The position numbers and the translations under genes were made by a program. 64,000 nt of DNA from assembly GCA_964550845.1 (NCBI GenBank), contig CAZKAD010000001.1, positions 21,342 to 85,341 of the forward strand. The letters are read 5' to 3'. Below, piece after piece: positions 1 through 10,317 of this stretch. Source of the DNA: an uncultured Gammaproteobacteria bacterium. GTDB lineage: Bacteria > Patescibacteriota > Patescibacteriia > Magasanikbacterales > UBA922. The notes under the pieces were generated by a model that saw only the letters and a program-made list of their open reading frames with translations, did not search any database and was not told the DNA's origin. How positions within the stretch are numbered: the first letter of the stretch is position 1; each line of letters starts with the position of its first letter.

Positions 1-53
1 AGAATCCTCTCTCACAGTCATGTATATGGTTAAAAACACTCGCAATTGGTAAG

Positions 54-410
54 ATGATGTCAATAGTCAAATACTTTCGAGAGCAATTTCCCTCGGTGAA
101 GAAAATGAAATCCCATCTCGAGGTCACATACTTTTGGAACGGAAAAATGTTTTGTGTTCATGTACCAATTCGAATGCAATCAAAATTGCTGAATATTAAA
201 AATCAAGCAGATCAAGACATAACTGAAGAAGTTCGAAAATACCTTGGCCCGCATGAAGATTTTCATGGCTCTTTACATCATCTGCAAAAAGTTTTTACCG
301 AGCATGGTATGATTACACTCACTATGCTAAATGGAAAAGTTGAACTTCGGAACTTGGACGATTTTCATAATTACTTTTTTGGTCTTCATAAGACTTATGT
401 CAAAAACTGA
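54..410 (+). CDS. hypothetical protein (118 aa)
   Basis: ATG-initiated ORF with plausible composition and no recognisable motifs. Its last 14 nt overlap the next gene. Confidence 0.35.
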   Translation: MMSIVKYFREQFPSVKKMKSHLEVTYFWNGKMFCVHVPIRMQSKLLNIKNQADQDITEEVRKYLGPHEDFHGSLHHLQKVFTEHGMITLTMLNGKVELRNLDDFHNYFFGLHKTYVKN

Positions 411-1422
411 TATTTTACTCCATCAAATAAGACTTTATCATTACCATTACAATAGAAAAATGTCAATTAACTTCGAAATCTGGGAAGATAAAGTCTTATT
501 AGTTGAAGACTTCAATAACGATCTAAATCTTTTCTTGATTGATTTTAATCAATTGACTTTCAGGAATGTAATTTCTTTTTTCTCAATTGCCATTGATGGT
601 TATCTGCTTATTTTAACTCGGAAAAAGGTCTTTTTGCTTGATCGGAATATTCAAAGGGTGCAAAAACTTGATGTATATATTAATCATGCAATTAAATATG
701 AACGAGGAATTGCAATTATTGAACATATAGCAGGTTCAAGTTTGTTCCATTATTTTAGTTTTGATCCAGCAAAAGATAATTTTTTGATTCGAGAGCCTTT
801 CTTCACAGGATCTCTCGACGCAAAAACATACAACATTGTTGCTCGTGGGAACGAACTGATTCATTCTTATAAGCATGGGATCAATAGTATTGCACCAAAC
901 GGAAAGGATTACAAATTCAAGACTCTGTTTCCTTTTTTCGAAATTCTTAATCAACTCTTTGAATATAACGGATATATTTATTCATCTTCGTTTAAGCGCG
1001 ATTTGTTTAAAATAAATGATATCGATCCAAATAAAACTCAGGTAACTTTGTTTCATTCCATCTTGAAACCGGAAACTATTTTTCAAGATCGAAATTGGCT
1101 CATTTTAATCACATACGAAGGAATTCAAATTTTTGATATGGAAACAGAGACAATTTTTTGGCAATCTTCTTACTCACATCTTGATCAAAATATGTTACGT
1201 AATTCGGTCTACAAAAAGGGATTTGTCTGCCATTATGATACACATGGCACAAGTGTTCAAGTTTCGAAGTTAACCAATGCAATTGTCCCGATTGGCTTTC
1301 TTACTTTAATCGCAACAGGTCTAAGTTTTGTTGGAACGTCGGTGTGGTCTTCTTTTCTGATCAAAGATCTGTATGATCCTCGATTATTGGTGTTAATTTG
1401 GAGGATGGCTTTTTCAGATTAA
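397..1422 (+). CDS. LYDPRLL-tail family protein (LIW subtype)
   Basis: C-terminus FLIKDLYDPRLLVLIWRMAF matches the conserved tail of the paralog array at 37.7-46 kb and the gene at 62976..63767. The start is ATG 397 or alternatively ATG 460. Confidence 0.55.
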   Translation: MSKTDILLHQIRLYHYHYNRKMSINFEIWEDKVLLVEDFNNDLNLFLIDFNQLTFRNVISFFSIAIDGYLLILTRKKVFLLDRNIQRVQKLDVYINHAIKYERGIAIIEHIAGSSLFHYFSFDPAKDNFLIREPFFTGSLDAKTYNIVARGNELIHSYKHGINSIAPNGKDYKFKTLFPFFEILNQLFEYNGYIYSSSFKRDLFKINDIDPNKTQVTLFHSILKPETIFQDRNWLILITYEGIQIFDMETETIFWQSSYSHLDQNMLRNSVYKKGFVCHYDTHGTSVQVSKLTNAIVPIGFLTLIATGLSFVGTSVWSSFLIKDLYDPRLLVLIWRMAFSD

Positions 1423-1463
1423 TGTTTTCAATCTTTTCGGAGATTAAAAATTGATTACTTGAA

Positions 1464-2471
1464 ATGAAAATGAAAGTGAAAAGGCATCCAATGTACGATA
1501 TTGGTGCAAATTTCTTTATCTCGATTTATGGGGTTTTATTTTATCTTCTTTCGGTACTTTTAGTGAAAAGGGTCGATTTTGTCGAAAATTTGTTTTGGAT
1601 CTTTATAGGCAAACTCACCAATTGGCATTGGTATGCGATCGAACAAGACAAAGTTTATACAATACTCAATATGAGCTCTTACTCTTCAATTAAAGATCCA
1701 AGACTTGAGGCTGATTTCTTTATTTCCATCGGGAAATATTTTGTTCTTTGTGGTGCTCGGATGTTTCGGGATAGTGCTCATTTGTTTATCCATCAATCTC
1801 AATATGAGAAAATTTTTCTAGCTAGATGCTCTGACAAAAAAACAGAGAAAAAACTTGGTTTGATTGAGTTGTTTTATCGAACAGGGACTATTGATCAAAC
1901 AACTTACAAAAAACAATATTTTTCTGTCAAACATAATGAGTATAAATTTCAGACTGAAGTAATTGATCAAGTGTTAAAGATCTACGAACAAAAAGACAAA
2001 TGTGTCTGTGTTTTTAGTGGTCCTCCTCGAGCTTGCAAATCTTACACATCTCTATTGATCAACAAACGTTTTTCGACAAATGGAAATCATTCTTATTTTT
2101 GCGATTCATTTAATCCTACCGATCATGGGGATAATTTTTCTCTGCTATATTCGGTTGTCTCGCCGAAAAAGGAAAGTCCTTTGATTGTGATGCTGGAGGA
2201 ATTTGACGCAATTCTCTTAAACTTAGACAAAGAAAGATCTTTACATCTGAATCAAAGAGTAATGGTGCAGACAAAGAAAGATTGGAATCTCTTTCTCGAT
2301 AAATTTGATCGAGGGATGTATCCCCATGTCATTTTGGTAATGACAACCAACAAATCATTTGTCGAACTTGAACAATTTGACAAATCTTTTCTTCGCGAAG
2401 GGCGCGTAGATTTCAAGCACGAATTTCATCTTGAAGGGAAAAGTGTTGTCAAAATTGATTCCCAATCTTAA
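1464..2471 (+). CDS. divergent P-loop NTPase-like protein with N-terminal TM segment
   Basis: N-terminal hydrophobic helix. Degenerate Walker A FSGPPRACKSYT (GxxxxxKS) and a Walker B-like LIVMLEEFD. AAAATTGA at 1447-1454. Confidence 0.45.
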   Translation: MKMKVKRHPMYDIGANFFISIYGVLFYLLSVLLVKRVDFVENLFWIFIGKLTNWHWYAIEQDKVYTILNMSSYSSIKDPRLEADFFISIGKYFVLCGARMFRDSAHLFIHQSQYEKIFLARCSDKKTEKKLGLIELFYRTGTIDQTTYKKQYFSVKHNEYKFQTEVIDQVLKIYEQKDKCVCVFSGPPRACKSYTSLLINKRFSTNGNHSYFCDSFNPTDHGDNFSLLYSVVSPKKESPLIVMLEEFDAILLNLDKERSLHLNQRVMVQTKKDWNLFLDKFDRGMYPHVILVMTTNKSFVELEQFDKSFLREGRVDFKHEFHLEGKSVVKIDSQS

Positions 2472-2489
2472 GCATCATGAATAATTGTC

Positions 2490-2732
2490 ATGCAGTGCTC
2501 TTCACGACAAGTAGATCGAATCGTACTCAAACGATTAAGAAATCTCGATCGAAGTGTCTGTTGTATTCCAAAAGAATGTTCCTTTTTTCCAGATCGAGTG
2601 TTGTACATTATGACCGATTGGAGGGGAAATATTCGCAAACAAATATGGGTATTTGCAGATAAATTTGAATATCAAAATCGGAGATATCCGACTGTCGATA
2701 AATTACTCAAAGCAATTCATAGGGAATTATAA
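2490..2732 (+). CDS. small hypothetical protein (80 aa)
   Basis: The ORF ends immediately before terminator hairpin 2741-2764. A competing overlapping ORF 2477..2662 exists in another frame. Confidence 0.25.
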   Translation: MQCSSRQVDRIVLKRLRNLDRSVCCIPKECSFFPDRVLYIMTDWRGNIRKQIWVFADKFEYQNRRYPTVDKLLKAIHREL

Positions 2733-2740
2733 ACATCTTA

Positions 2741-2764
2741 TTTTTCACTCCAAGGAGTGAAAAA
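2741..2764. terminator. 3'-end palindromic hairpin TTTTTCACTCC-AA-GGAGTGAAAAA
   Basis: Perfect 11-bp inverted repeat between an upstream stop codon and the polB promoter, consistent with the mimivirus hairpin rule. Confidence 0.6.
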
Positions 2765-2769
2765 ATTGA
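2762..2769 (+). promoter_or_regulatory. AAAATTGA early-promoter octamer for polB
   Basis: Exact octamer 55 nt upstream of ATG 2824. Confidence 0.65.
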
Positions 2770-2823
2770 TCATTCTTTTTATTCTCAATTATATAAATAC
2801 CTCCTTCCAATTACCGTTTAAAA

Positions 2824-5781
2824 ATGTCACAGCTCACAACAGGAACTGCGTATATTTTTTCATGGTTTGCGGAAGATGACGGAATGATCCATGCATTCGG
2901 AATGACTCCAGAAAACGAAACTGTTCACTTAATTATTCTCAACTTTACTCGATATTGTTATATTGAATTACCTCCCGAAATTGACTGGGACAATCCAATT
3001 CATCAACGAAGTTTCCAAGAAGCTGTTGGATCAATGAATCAAGAAATTTATCCTCAACAAATGGTCTTTATGAAAAAGCATCGATTGTATCGAGCTCATA
3101 TGGTCAAAACCGATCAAGGTTATCAACGATGTTTATTCCCTTATCTTTTTGTTTGTTTCAAAACGCAAAAGGCAATGATTGATTTCACTCGTCGAGTTAG
3201 TTGGGGAATCTATATTGAATCAATTGGAAGAAAAATTAATTTACGTTCGCATGAACAAGACGCAAGTCCTTTTTTGCAACTCGCAGTTTGTCGCAACATC
3301 CCAATTACCGGTTGGATTGACTTCACTGGAGTGAAGCAATCCGATGACTGGAATAGCTCTTATTGTAAACATGAATATGTACTCAATTGGAATACACTGT
3401 CTGCTTCGAAAGACCAAAAATTGCTCAAGACTTTGCCCAAAGTTAAAATCGTTTCTTTTGATTGGGAGGCAAACTCAACCAATCATAATCGAATGCCAAA
3501 TGAAAAGAAGCCCGGAGATGTCTTGTTTCAATGTTCGATGAGTGTGTTTGAACATGGATCGGATAAAATCGAAAATCATCTTTTGACTCTTGGTTATCCT
3601 GATCCAGCGAAAGTAAGTGAAGGAAGAACCGATCCAGTCAAAATTCATCACTACGCAACTGAAGCTGACATTTTGGAAGGATTTGCCAAAATGATCATTG
3701 AGCTCGATCCACAAGTGATTACCGGATACAATATCATGGGCTGGGATTTCAATTATATGATTGCCCGCGCTAAACTAAACAATGTCTATCAATCATTTTC
3801 CCAATTTGGATACATCAAAGGAATGTCTGCGAAAGAAAAGAACATTACCTGGTCAAGCTCCGCATTTAGCAAACAAAGTTTTTCTTATCCTGCAATTGCC
3901 GGACGAATTATTATTGACATGCTTCCTGTGATTAAAAGAGGGTTTAAGTTTGCCAGTTACACGTTGAGTAATGTTTCAGTTGAAATCCTCGGGCCGAATC
4001 AAACCAAGGATCCTCTCACTCCACAAGGCATTTTCAAATGCTTTCAAATTGGATCACCTGAGACACTATCGATAGTAGGCAAGTATTGTGTGAGAGATTC
4101 CGAAGTCACTTCGTTTCTGTTCCAAAAACTCAAGACTTGGGTTGACAGCTGTCAAATGTCAAGTATTATGGGTGTTCCGATCTTTGATCTTTCGACACAA
4201 GGACAACAAGTTAAGATTTACGCTCAAATTTATCGAGATTGTTTTCTTAAGAATACGGTCGTTGAAAAGAATGGCTATGTCTGTGAAAAAGACGAGAGTT
4301 ATACCGGTGCAATCGTGTTGACACCTATTCCAGGTCTTCATGAAAATGTGGTTACGTTTGATTTCGCCAGTCTGTATCCATCAGTAATTGTGGAAAAGAA
4401 TATTTGTTATTCGACTTGGGTGATTGATCCAAATATTCCAGATGAAGATTGTCACGTACTTGAATGGGAGGATCATATTAATTGTCCTCATGATACCGAA
4501 AAAAGATCCGACAAAAAGAAAGTGATGTGTGCGAAACGTAAATATCGATTTCTTAAGACTCCGCAAGGAATTTTGCCAAATATTCTCACGCGATTGACTG
4601 CTGAAAGAAAGAAAGTGAAGAAAGAGCTCGAGGGGGTTGAAGAAAAGGAGAAGGAAGAAAAAGATCCTATGTTGAAGAAAGATTTGAAGATGTATGCAAC
4701 CATTCTTGACATGACTCAAATTGCAATTAAAACTGTATCCAATAGTATGTATGGTGTGATGGGTGTTACCGAAGGCCGACTGCCTTTTATGCCAGGTGCA
4801 ATGTCGACTACCGCTGGTGGTCGAGCTGCAATTATGAAAGCGAAGAAAATCATCCTTGATCGTCATCCTGGCAAAGTTATTTATGGTGATACCGATTCGT
4901 TGATGTATATCTTCGATGATATGAAGCGTTTCGAAGATGAAAAGGGGAAGATCGATTACAAAGCTCTTGAAAAGTTCTGCAACAAAGTGTCAGAGGAAAT
5001 CTCTTGTCACTTTGCAAAACCGATGAAACTCGAATTTGAAAACATTGCGGAACAATTCTTTATTTTAACCAAGAAAAGATACATTTCAAAACTCAGTAAT
5101 GGAAAAGTTAAAAAGCGAGGTATCATGTTAACTCGACGAGATAACGCCGCTTGCTCGAGAAAAGCTTATGAAGGATTGCTTAATCTTATCTTTCAAAAGG
5201 CACCCCTGGATAAAATTTTTGACTATATTGTTGAAGCTCTCAATCAAATCTATAGCCATTATTACCCAAGCAAAGATTATGCAATCACAAAGAGTATCAA
5301 AGACATCGATACTTACAAAGTCAAAGCTCTTTCAACCGAACTAGTCGCTCGTCAACGACAATTGAAGAATAAGTTTCTTCCTTATGTTGAACCAAACAAT
5401 CCACAGGCCTCGAAGATCGAAGATGAATACAAATTTCGATCTTTGCCAGCCCATGTTCAGTTGGCTGAAACAATGAGATCAAGAGGGTCAATTGTTGAGT
5501 CTGGAAGTCGATTTGCTTATGTAGTGACTACTAAAGGTGGTCCTTCGGGAAAAATGTGGCAAAAGATCGAAAGTCTTGAATATTATTCTCGTCATCAGGG
5601 AATGATCAATTTAGATAGCAATTACTATGGCAAGGCCCTGATTAATCCGTTTGATGAAGTACTTCAAATCATGTTCCAACGACAAAATTTTACTAAACAA
5701 CAACACAAAATTCGTCTGCAAAAATATGAGATGCTCCAAGAGCTGAAGAGATTGATGGCTCCTCAACTTATTGCTGAATAA
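2824..5781 (+). CDS. polB: family B DNA polymerase
   Basis: Exo motif FDWEA. Pol motif A DFASLYPS, motif B KTVSNSMYG and motif C YGDTDS. 985 aa, contiguous, no intein. Confidence 0.95.
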   Translation: MSQLTTGTAYIFSWFAEDDGMIHAFGMTPENETVHLIILNFTRYCYIELPPEIDWDNPIHQRSFQEAVGSMNQEIYPQQMVFMKKHRLYRAHMVKTDQGYQRCLFPYLFVCFKTQKAMIDFTRRVSWGIYIESIGRKINLRSHEQDASPFLQLAVCRNIPITGWIDFTGVKQSDDWNSSYCKHEYVLNWNTLSASKDQKLLKTLPKVKIVSFDWEANSTNHNRMPNEKKPGDVLFQCSMSVFEHGSDKIENHLLTLGYPDPAKVSEGRTDPVKIHHYATEADILEGFAKMIIELDPQVITGYNIMGWDFNYMIARAKLNNVYQSFSQFGYIKGMSAKEKNITWSSSAFSKQSFSYPAIAGRIIIDMLPVIKRGFKFASYTLSNVSVEILGPNQTKDPLTPQGIFKCFQIGSPETLSIVGKYCVRDSEVTSFLFQKLKTWVDSCQMSSIMGVPIFDLSTQGQQVKIYAQIYRDCFLKNTVVEKNGYVCEKDESYTGAIVLTPIPGLHENVVTFDFASLYPSVIVEKNICYSTWVIDPNIPDEDCHVLEWEDHINCPHDTEKRSDKKKVMCAKRKYRFLKTPQGILPNILTRLTAERKKVKKELEGVEEKEKEEKDPMLKKDLKMYATILDMTQIAIKTVSNSMYGVMGVTEGRLPFMPGAMSTTAGGRAAIMKAKKIILDRHPGKVIYGDTDSLMYIFDDMKRFEDEKGKIDYKALEKFCNKVSEEISCHFAKPMKLEFENIAEQFFILTKKRYISKLSNGKVKKRGIMLTRRDNAACSRKAYEGLLNLIFQKAPLDKIFDYIVEALNQIYSHYYPSKDYAITKSIKDIDTYKVKALSTELVARQRQLKNKFLPYVEPNNPQASKIEDEYKFRSLPAHVQLAETMRSRGSIVESGSRFAYVVTTKGGPSGKMWQKIESLEYYSRHQGMINLDSNYYGKALINPFDEVLQIMFQRQNFTKQQHKIRLQKYEMLQELKRLMAPQLIAE

Positions 5782-5833
5782 TTTTCTTTTCGAAGAAAGT
5801 TTAACTTTTTTCTTTTTCTCGTTCAGAAAAAGA

Positions 5834-7060
5834 ATGGGTGCAATTACATCAAACAATAAATTGACCGCAGCTGGAGCTCTCGATCTACAACAAAAACTTT
5901 ACGAAGTTCGAGAAAGTCTCAAGCAGAAATTCAAATATTCTGAAATTAAGTATTCAGATCTTGCTACAGATCCAGAAATATTTCGACAATATGAGGGTGG
6001 TCGATTCGAAATACATATTTTAGCCACTGTTAATAAGGGAGGAAAACCTTATGTTCTTCACACCCTTCTTCCCGATTTACGTGACGTTGAAGGATACAAG
6101 AATATTTTTTTGAGTTACATTCAAATTATTGAACAAGTTCAGCCTTATGTTTCGAAAACTTATCTCCCGGTGATGAAAGGATGGACTGTTATGAAGTATA
6201 ACATTGACGATCATGATATTTTTCTCCCTGCAATTGTGTATGAACCATTTGTTATAACTGATTCAGTCGCAAGTTGGGAAAGCGCGGAATTAACACCATA
6301 CAGCTGTCAAGATGTTTATCAATTTGCGATTAAATCATTTCAAACTTTGATTGTAACTAGAAATCTAAAAGCAGGTTGTCATTTCTCTCGATTTGCGACT
6401 TTCTTTGCTCTTAATGGAAAAGGACTTGTTATGCTTCCGGGCAAACCTTGTAACCAAGGAGCCAATAAATGTGATCAGGACTATTTTAATGATAAAAGTC
6501 CGGCTGCAATTGATGAAATTAATGATATTACTTATCTACTTATTCAATTGATGGTTGGAAATGGGGCAAATCAGTTCATCCAAAAAATAAGCTCTAACAC
6601 TAATCAAATCAATCAAGGAAAACAATTTCTCTCGCAACATGTTGGAAAACTTTGTCAATTGCTGCTCGAGCCTCTTCTCCAAACCGACATTTCAAATATC
6701 TATACTCCGGAAGCATATCTCGAGTATCTCCGATCGAAACCAGTTCTAGACATGTTCACCAAAGTCAGTGGAATTGAACAGACAGACGAAGATGTGCAAA
6801 AAATTGCCCAAGATCTCGCGCTAATTAAATCTGTAAATCAAACTGCATTTCAAGAATATTGTGGTTCTCGAGAACCTTTGAGAGAAGTACTCCGATCGAT
6901 GTTGAAATGTCTCGGAGAAGCAGACAAAACTTTATCTGCGGATGAAAAAGTCAAATTGATTAAGCAGATGATTTCAGATTCAAAAGTTAATCTTTTTGCC
7001 GTTTGCTACAAAGGCGAGGAACTCGAACAAGAAATATCCAATTTGGCAAACCAAGAATAA
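5834..7060 (+). CDS. hypothetical protein with N-terminal MGAITS (N-myristoylation consensus)
   Basis: First ATG after a TTG-started track ORF. MGxxxS at the N-terminus. No other motifs. Confidence 0.55.
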   Translation: MGAITSNNKLTAAGALDLQQKLYEVRESLKQKFKYSEIKYSDLATDPEIFRQYEGGRFEIHILATVNKGGKPYVLHTLLPDLRDVEGYKNIFLSYIQIIEQVQPYVSKTYLPVMKGWTVMKYNIDDHDIFLPAIVYEPFVITDSVASWESAELTPYSCQDVYQFAIKSFQTLIVTRNLKAGCHFSRFATFFALNGKGLVMLPGKPCNQGANKCDQDYFNDKSPAAIDEINDITYLLIQLMVGNGANQFIQKISSNTNQINQGKQFLSQHVGKLCQLLLEPLLQTDISNIYTPEAYLEYLRSKPVLDMFTKVSGIEQTDEDVQKIAQDLALIKSVNQTAFQEYCGSREPLREVLRSMLKCLGEADKTLSADEKVKLIKQMISDSKVNLFAVCYKGEELEQEISNLANQE

Positions 7061-7115
7061 TAATCTAGCAAAAAATTCAACTTTTTCTTTTTCTTTTCTT
7101 TCCAGAAAAGAAATC

Positions 7116-8768
7116 ATGGCGAATGTAAGTATTTACGATCTTTCTTTCAAAGGAAAGGAAAAACAGACCGGATGGTTTGGAGGAGAAACAATCGCAGAAA
7201 TTGACTCTGGACTCCAAATTACAAGCAAACAAGTCCTTCCGAATGAACAAATCTACAAGGCAGTGAAAAAAGTTCCTTCTGATAAGACTCTTCCAGATGA
7301 CTTTGTTGTCCAAGTTTTTTTTACCTTTGATGAACAAAGCTTTATTCGAAACAAGAATGCTGTCCGAATGATGAAGAAAATCAGTGACAATATGGCACCA
7401 AACGGATTTTATTCAATGCCCTCGTTACCTTTTGTCTATTCTTTCTATCCAAATGATCGTCAAGTGAATCAAAGGACCAATACTACCTACGCAATCATGA
7501 AACCTATCCCAATGTGGAGGCATATTCTCGACACTTCAACGCGAAAATTCCACTGGTTTATGTTCAATGCGCTTTCCACTTTGTTCTATCTTCACAAGCT
7601 CGGAATCATTCACCGAAATATCTCTCCCGACAGTGTCTACTTTGTAACTGACTCGAATGATAATCCTTCGATTTTTATTCATAATTTTGCTTCTGCTTGC
7701 TGGATGAATGATCAAACCGATTTAACCCAGATTGTGAAGTGTAATGAAACTGCTCCACTCCTCGACTACATCGATCCAGTCCTTCTTCCGAAGAGTCGAG
7801 TTCAACTTCAAAAGCTGCAACAACAAGCAGCGAGTAATTTGAGTGAGGCAAGAAAAAAGGAACTTATTGGTCAAATTGACCAGGCTCAGGCAGAATTCAA
7901 TAAGAAAAAGAATGATTTCAATGCGGCTGGAAAAGGAAATCAGATCCAGAATGACCCCAGTATGAAAGTGTTAAGGGAAAAAATTGGTAGATTGAGGGGA
8001 GAACTTGGCGGAGCTCCTCCGCGAGATGTACGTGATAATCAGGCGACTTATGCTCCATTCACTGACAAGTCTGATGTCTACGCAATGGGAATGTTATTTT
8101 ACCAAATTGTGACACAAGGAATTGGTTATGAAAACCAAAATCGTGATCCTTGGGATGAAGCTCTCGCTTCAAATATTGATTTTCCTCAAAATCAAGACAA
8201 GATTTATGCCTCAAGAAAATTGAGATTATCGCGATCAAATCTTGATGCCAGACTCCAAAATTTAATTCTCAAGATGATTCACCCAAATCCAGCACAACGC
8301 TGTGATGCTGAAGAGGGTCTTTTACAATTGATTGTTTCCGCGCCTGGTGCAATTGAGGAAAAAGTTGCCCAATTTAGAATCTCAAATATGGAAGGAGAGC
8401 CACAACGAGCAATTATGAGATTTCTTGGATCTCAATCTCATCCAGAAATTCCCAATTCGAACGAAGGTACGTTGGCTAAAAGAATGCAATTAAAATGGTC
8501 AGACATCGATCAACAAATTCAAAACAGTGAAGAGGCTGCGAATAAGTATGGTTCGATTCGAGAGCGAAAATTTAGTCCTGAACAACAAGGATCTTCATGG
8601 GGACAAGGTTTTTATAAGGCCGGTTTGGCTGCTGCACCTCTCGCAGTACCAGCCGCCGTAGCTGTATTTAATCCATTTGCTGCAGGTGCAATGGTTGCCG
8701 GAGCGGGTTTAATCAAAGTTCACGATCGGTTTCAACAGAAATTGTCACAACGATGGAGAAAAGGATAA
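7116..8768 (+). CDS. divergent protein-kinase-like protein (possible pseudokinase) with coiled-coil and Gly/Ala-rich hydrophobic C-terminus
   Basis: HRNISPDSV in place of HRDLKPxN, NFA in place of DFG, and DVYAMGMLFYQIV like subdomain IX. Upstream hairpin 7089-7112. Confidence 0.55.
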   Translation: MANVSIYDLSFKGKEKQTGWFGGETIAEIDSGLQITSKQVLPNEQIYKAVKKVPSDKTLPDDFVVQVFFTFDEQSFIRNKNAVRMMKKISDNMAPNGFYSMPSLPFVYSFYPNDRQVNQRTNTTYAIMKPIPMWRHILDTSTRKFHWFMFNALSTLFYLHKLGIIHRNISPDSVYFVTDSNDNPSIFIHNFASACWMNDQTDLTQIVKCNETAPLLDYIDPVLLPKSRVQLQKLQQQAASNLSEARKKELIGQIDQAQAEFNKKKNDFNAAGKGNQIQNDPSMKVLREKIGRLRGELGGAPPRDVRDNQATYAPFTDKSDVYAMGMLFYQIVTQGIGYENQNRDPWDEALASNIDFPQNQDKIYASRKLRLSRSNLDARLQNLILKMIHPNPAQRCDAEEGLLQLIVSAPGAIEEKVAQFRISNMEGEPQRAIMRFLGSQSHPEIPNSNEGTLAKRMQLKWSDIDQQIQNSEEAANKYGSIRERKFSPEQQGSSWGQGFYKAGLAAAPLAVPAAVAVFNPFAAGAMVAGAGLIKVHDRFQQKLSQRWRKG

Positions 8769-8772
8769 TGTT

Positions 8773-8831
8773 CCGAAAGACTCTTTGAAGTGGTTAAACG
8801 TCCGAAGAACTCTTTGAAGTGGTTAAACGTC
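8773..8831. repeat. 2 x 29-bp tandem repeat CCGAA(A/G)(G/A)ACTCTTTGAAGTGGTTAAACGT
   Basis: Direct repeat immediately after the stop at 8768. Member of the TTAAAC-core repeat family. Confidence 0.8.
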
Positions 8832-8880
8832 CCATAGACCAATTAAAAGAAAAGTCATCTTTTTAAACGAAAACTAAGTG

Positions 8881-9219
8881 ATGGCCGAGAACGTTGATTT
8901 TACTGAGATTAACAAACATATTGTTGCAATCACATCTCTTCGAAATCAATTGTCAAAATCGGAGAAAATTGATGAGATTACCAAGATCCGTAATCAAATC
9001 CTTGAGATCGAGGTCAAAATTTTGACCGAACGAGAAAAAGGCTTGAAGAATCTTCAAGTTCGAAAGGAACAGTTACTCCAGAAGACTGCACAGCTTCAAA
9101 TCGAACTCGATAATTCAAAGACTGAACTCGACTCATTAAATCTTCAAATTACTGCTCAAACTGACCGATATCGAAACTCGATCATGAAGCGTATGTTTGA
9201 CCTTGAAAATGACAAGTAA
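8881..9219 (+). CDS. small coiled-coil protein
   Basis: Heptad-rich, Lys/Glu/Leu-rich 113-aa ORF. Confidence 0.4.
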   Translation: MAENVDFTEINKHIVAITSLRNQLSKSEKIDEITKIRNQILEIEVKILTEREKGLKNLQVRKEQLLQKTAQLQIELDNSKTELDSLNLQITAQTDRYRNSIMKRMFDLENDK

Positions 9220-9275
9220 AAATTGTGAATGGACGAAAAATTGAGTTCCATTTTTCTTCCTCTCAAAAAGAAACC

Positions 9276-10253
9276 ATGCAACTCCTCGCCGAACCAAAAA
9301 ATAAGTTTGATCTTTTTACCATTAAGTACCCAAAGATTGAAGAGTTTGGTAACAAACAACTTTCAATGATGTGGCTTCCAGGGGAAATTTCATATGATAA
9401 AGATCGTCAGCACTTCGAGGAGTTGAAGGATGAAAGAATTCGTCATATTTTGAAGCGCATTATTGGTTTTTTCTTTACCAGTGATGGAATTGTATTCGCC
9501 AATCTTGATGAAAATTTCACAGAGGAGTTCAAGGCTCCAGAAATGAAATATCTTTTTGCAGCGATTTCAGCAATTGAAAGTATTCATGCAAAGTCGTACG
9601 GATTTCAACTCGATTCTCTAATTACAAATGTTGAAGAGAAACAAGAAATTATGGATGCAATTGTAAATATTCCATCGATTCGGAAGATGGCTGAATTTGC
9701 TATTAAATACATGGACCAGAGTCATCCTCTGGTTAATCGAATGGTTGCTTTTCTTTGTATTGAAGGCATTTTCTTTTCATCGCCATTTGCATTTATCTTT
9801 TGGATTCGAAAGTATATGCCGAAGAAATTCCCTGGAATCGTGGCAGCCAACGATTTTATTTCGAGAGATGAGAATCTCCACTGTGAAGCAAATGCTTACG
9901 TAATTAATCTCTTTGCTGAAGAAGGACAACTTGATTTCAAAAATGCTGAAAAAGTATTCAGAGAAGCGACACAAATTGCAATTGAGTTTGCCGAGGATAC
10001 TTTCCCGAATGATCTTCTCGGAATGACCGCAGCAATGATGATTACTCATATTAAATTTGTTGCCAATCGGTGGGCTCAAATTATCGGTTTGAAACGTCTG
10101 TATGATGAGGCTCAAAAAACTCCTTTTACTTTTATGGATAACATTGCTTTGACCAAGAAAGACAATATGTTTGAATCTCAAACTCTAACTGATTATCAAG
10201 GTGCACCAAATATGGAAGTTCACTTTGATTATTCATCAGCAGAGAACTTCTAA
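9276..10253 (+). CDS. ribonucleotide reductase small subunit (R2)
   Basis: IESIHAKSY, FLCIEGIFFSSPFAFIFW and the RDENLHCEA iron-ligand region. ATG chosen downstream of a GTG-started track ORF. Confidence 0.9.
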   Translation: MQLLAEPKNKFDLFTIKYPKIEEFGNKQLSMMWLPGEISYDKDRQHFEELKDERIRHILKRIIGFFFTSDGIVFANLDENFTEEFKAPEMKYLFAAISAIESIHAKSYGFQLDSLITNVEEKQEIMDAIVNIPSIRKMAEFAIKYMDQSHPLVNRMVAFLCIEGIFFSSPFAFIFWIRKYMPKKFPGIVAANDFISRDENLHCEANAYVINLFAEEGQLDFKNAEKVFREATQIAIEFAEDTFPNDLLGMTAAMMITHIKFVANRWAQIIGLKRLYDEAQKTPFTFMDNIALTKKDNMFESQTLTDYQGAPNMEVHFDYSSAENF

Positions 10254-10317
10254 GATTCGTGAATAAGAAATTACAATCTTTTCGAAAAAAAATAAAATCT
10301 TCCTCATACAAAATCTC

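Noticed and set aside
2477-2662. Alternative small ORF overlapping 2490..2732
   Set aside because: Only one of the two can be real. 2490..2732 ends precisely at the terminator hairpin, so it was preferred. Both remain low-confidence.
3344-4866. Several 60-160-aa ORFs (3344..3541, 3475..3714-, 4159..4341-, 4381..4866-, 4488..4712-) inside or antisense to polB
   Set aside because: They are embedded in a high-confidence conserved CDS. Low-complexity antisense translations are typical spurious ORFs in AT-rich DNA. The same applies to the many short antisense ORFs within the kinesin, capping-enzyme, RPB1 and 59623..62892 genes.
2824-5781. Looked for an intein in polB, as is common in mimivirids
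   Set aside because: Exo and pol motifs are contiguous in a 985-aa protein. There is no insertion between motifs A, B and C.
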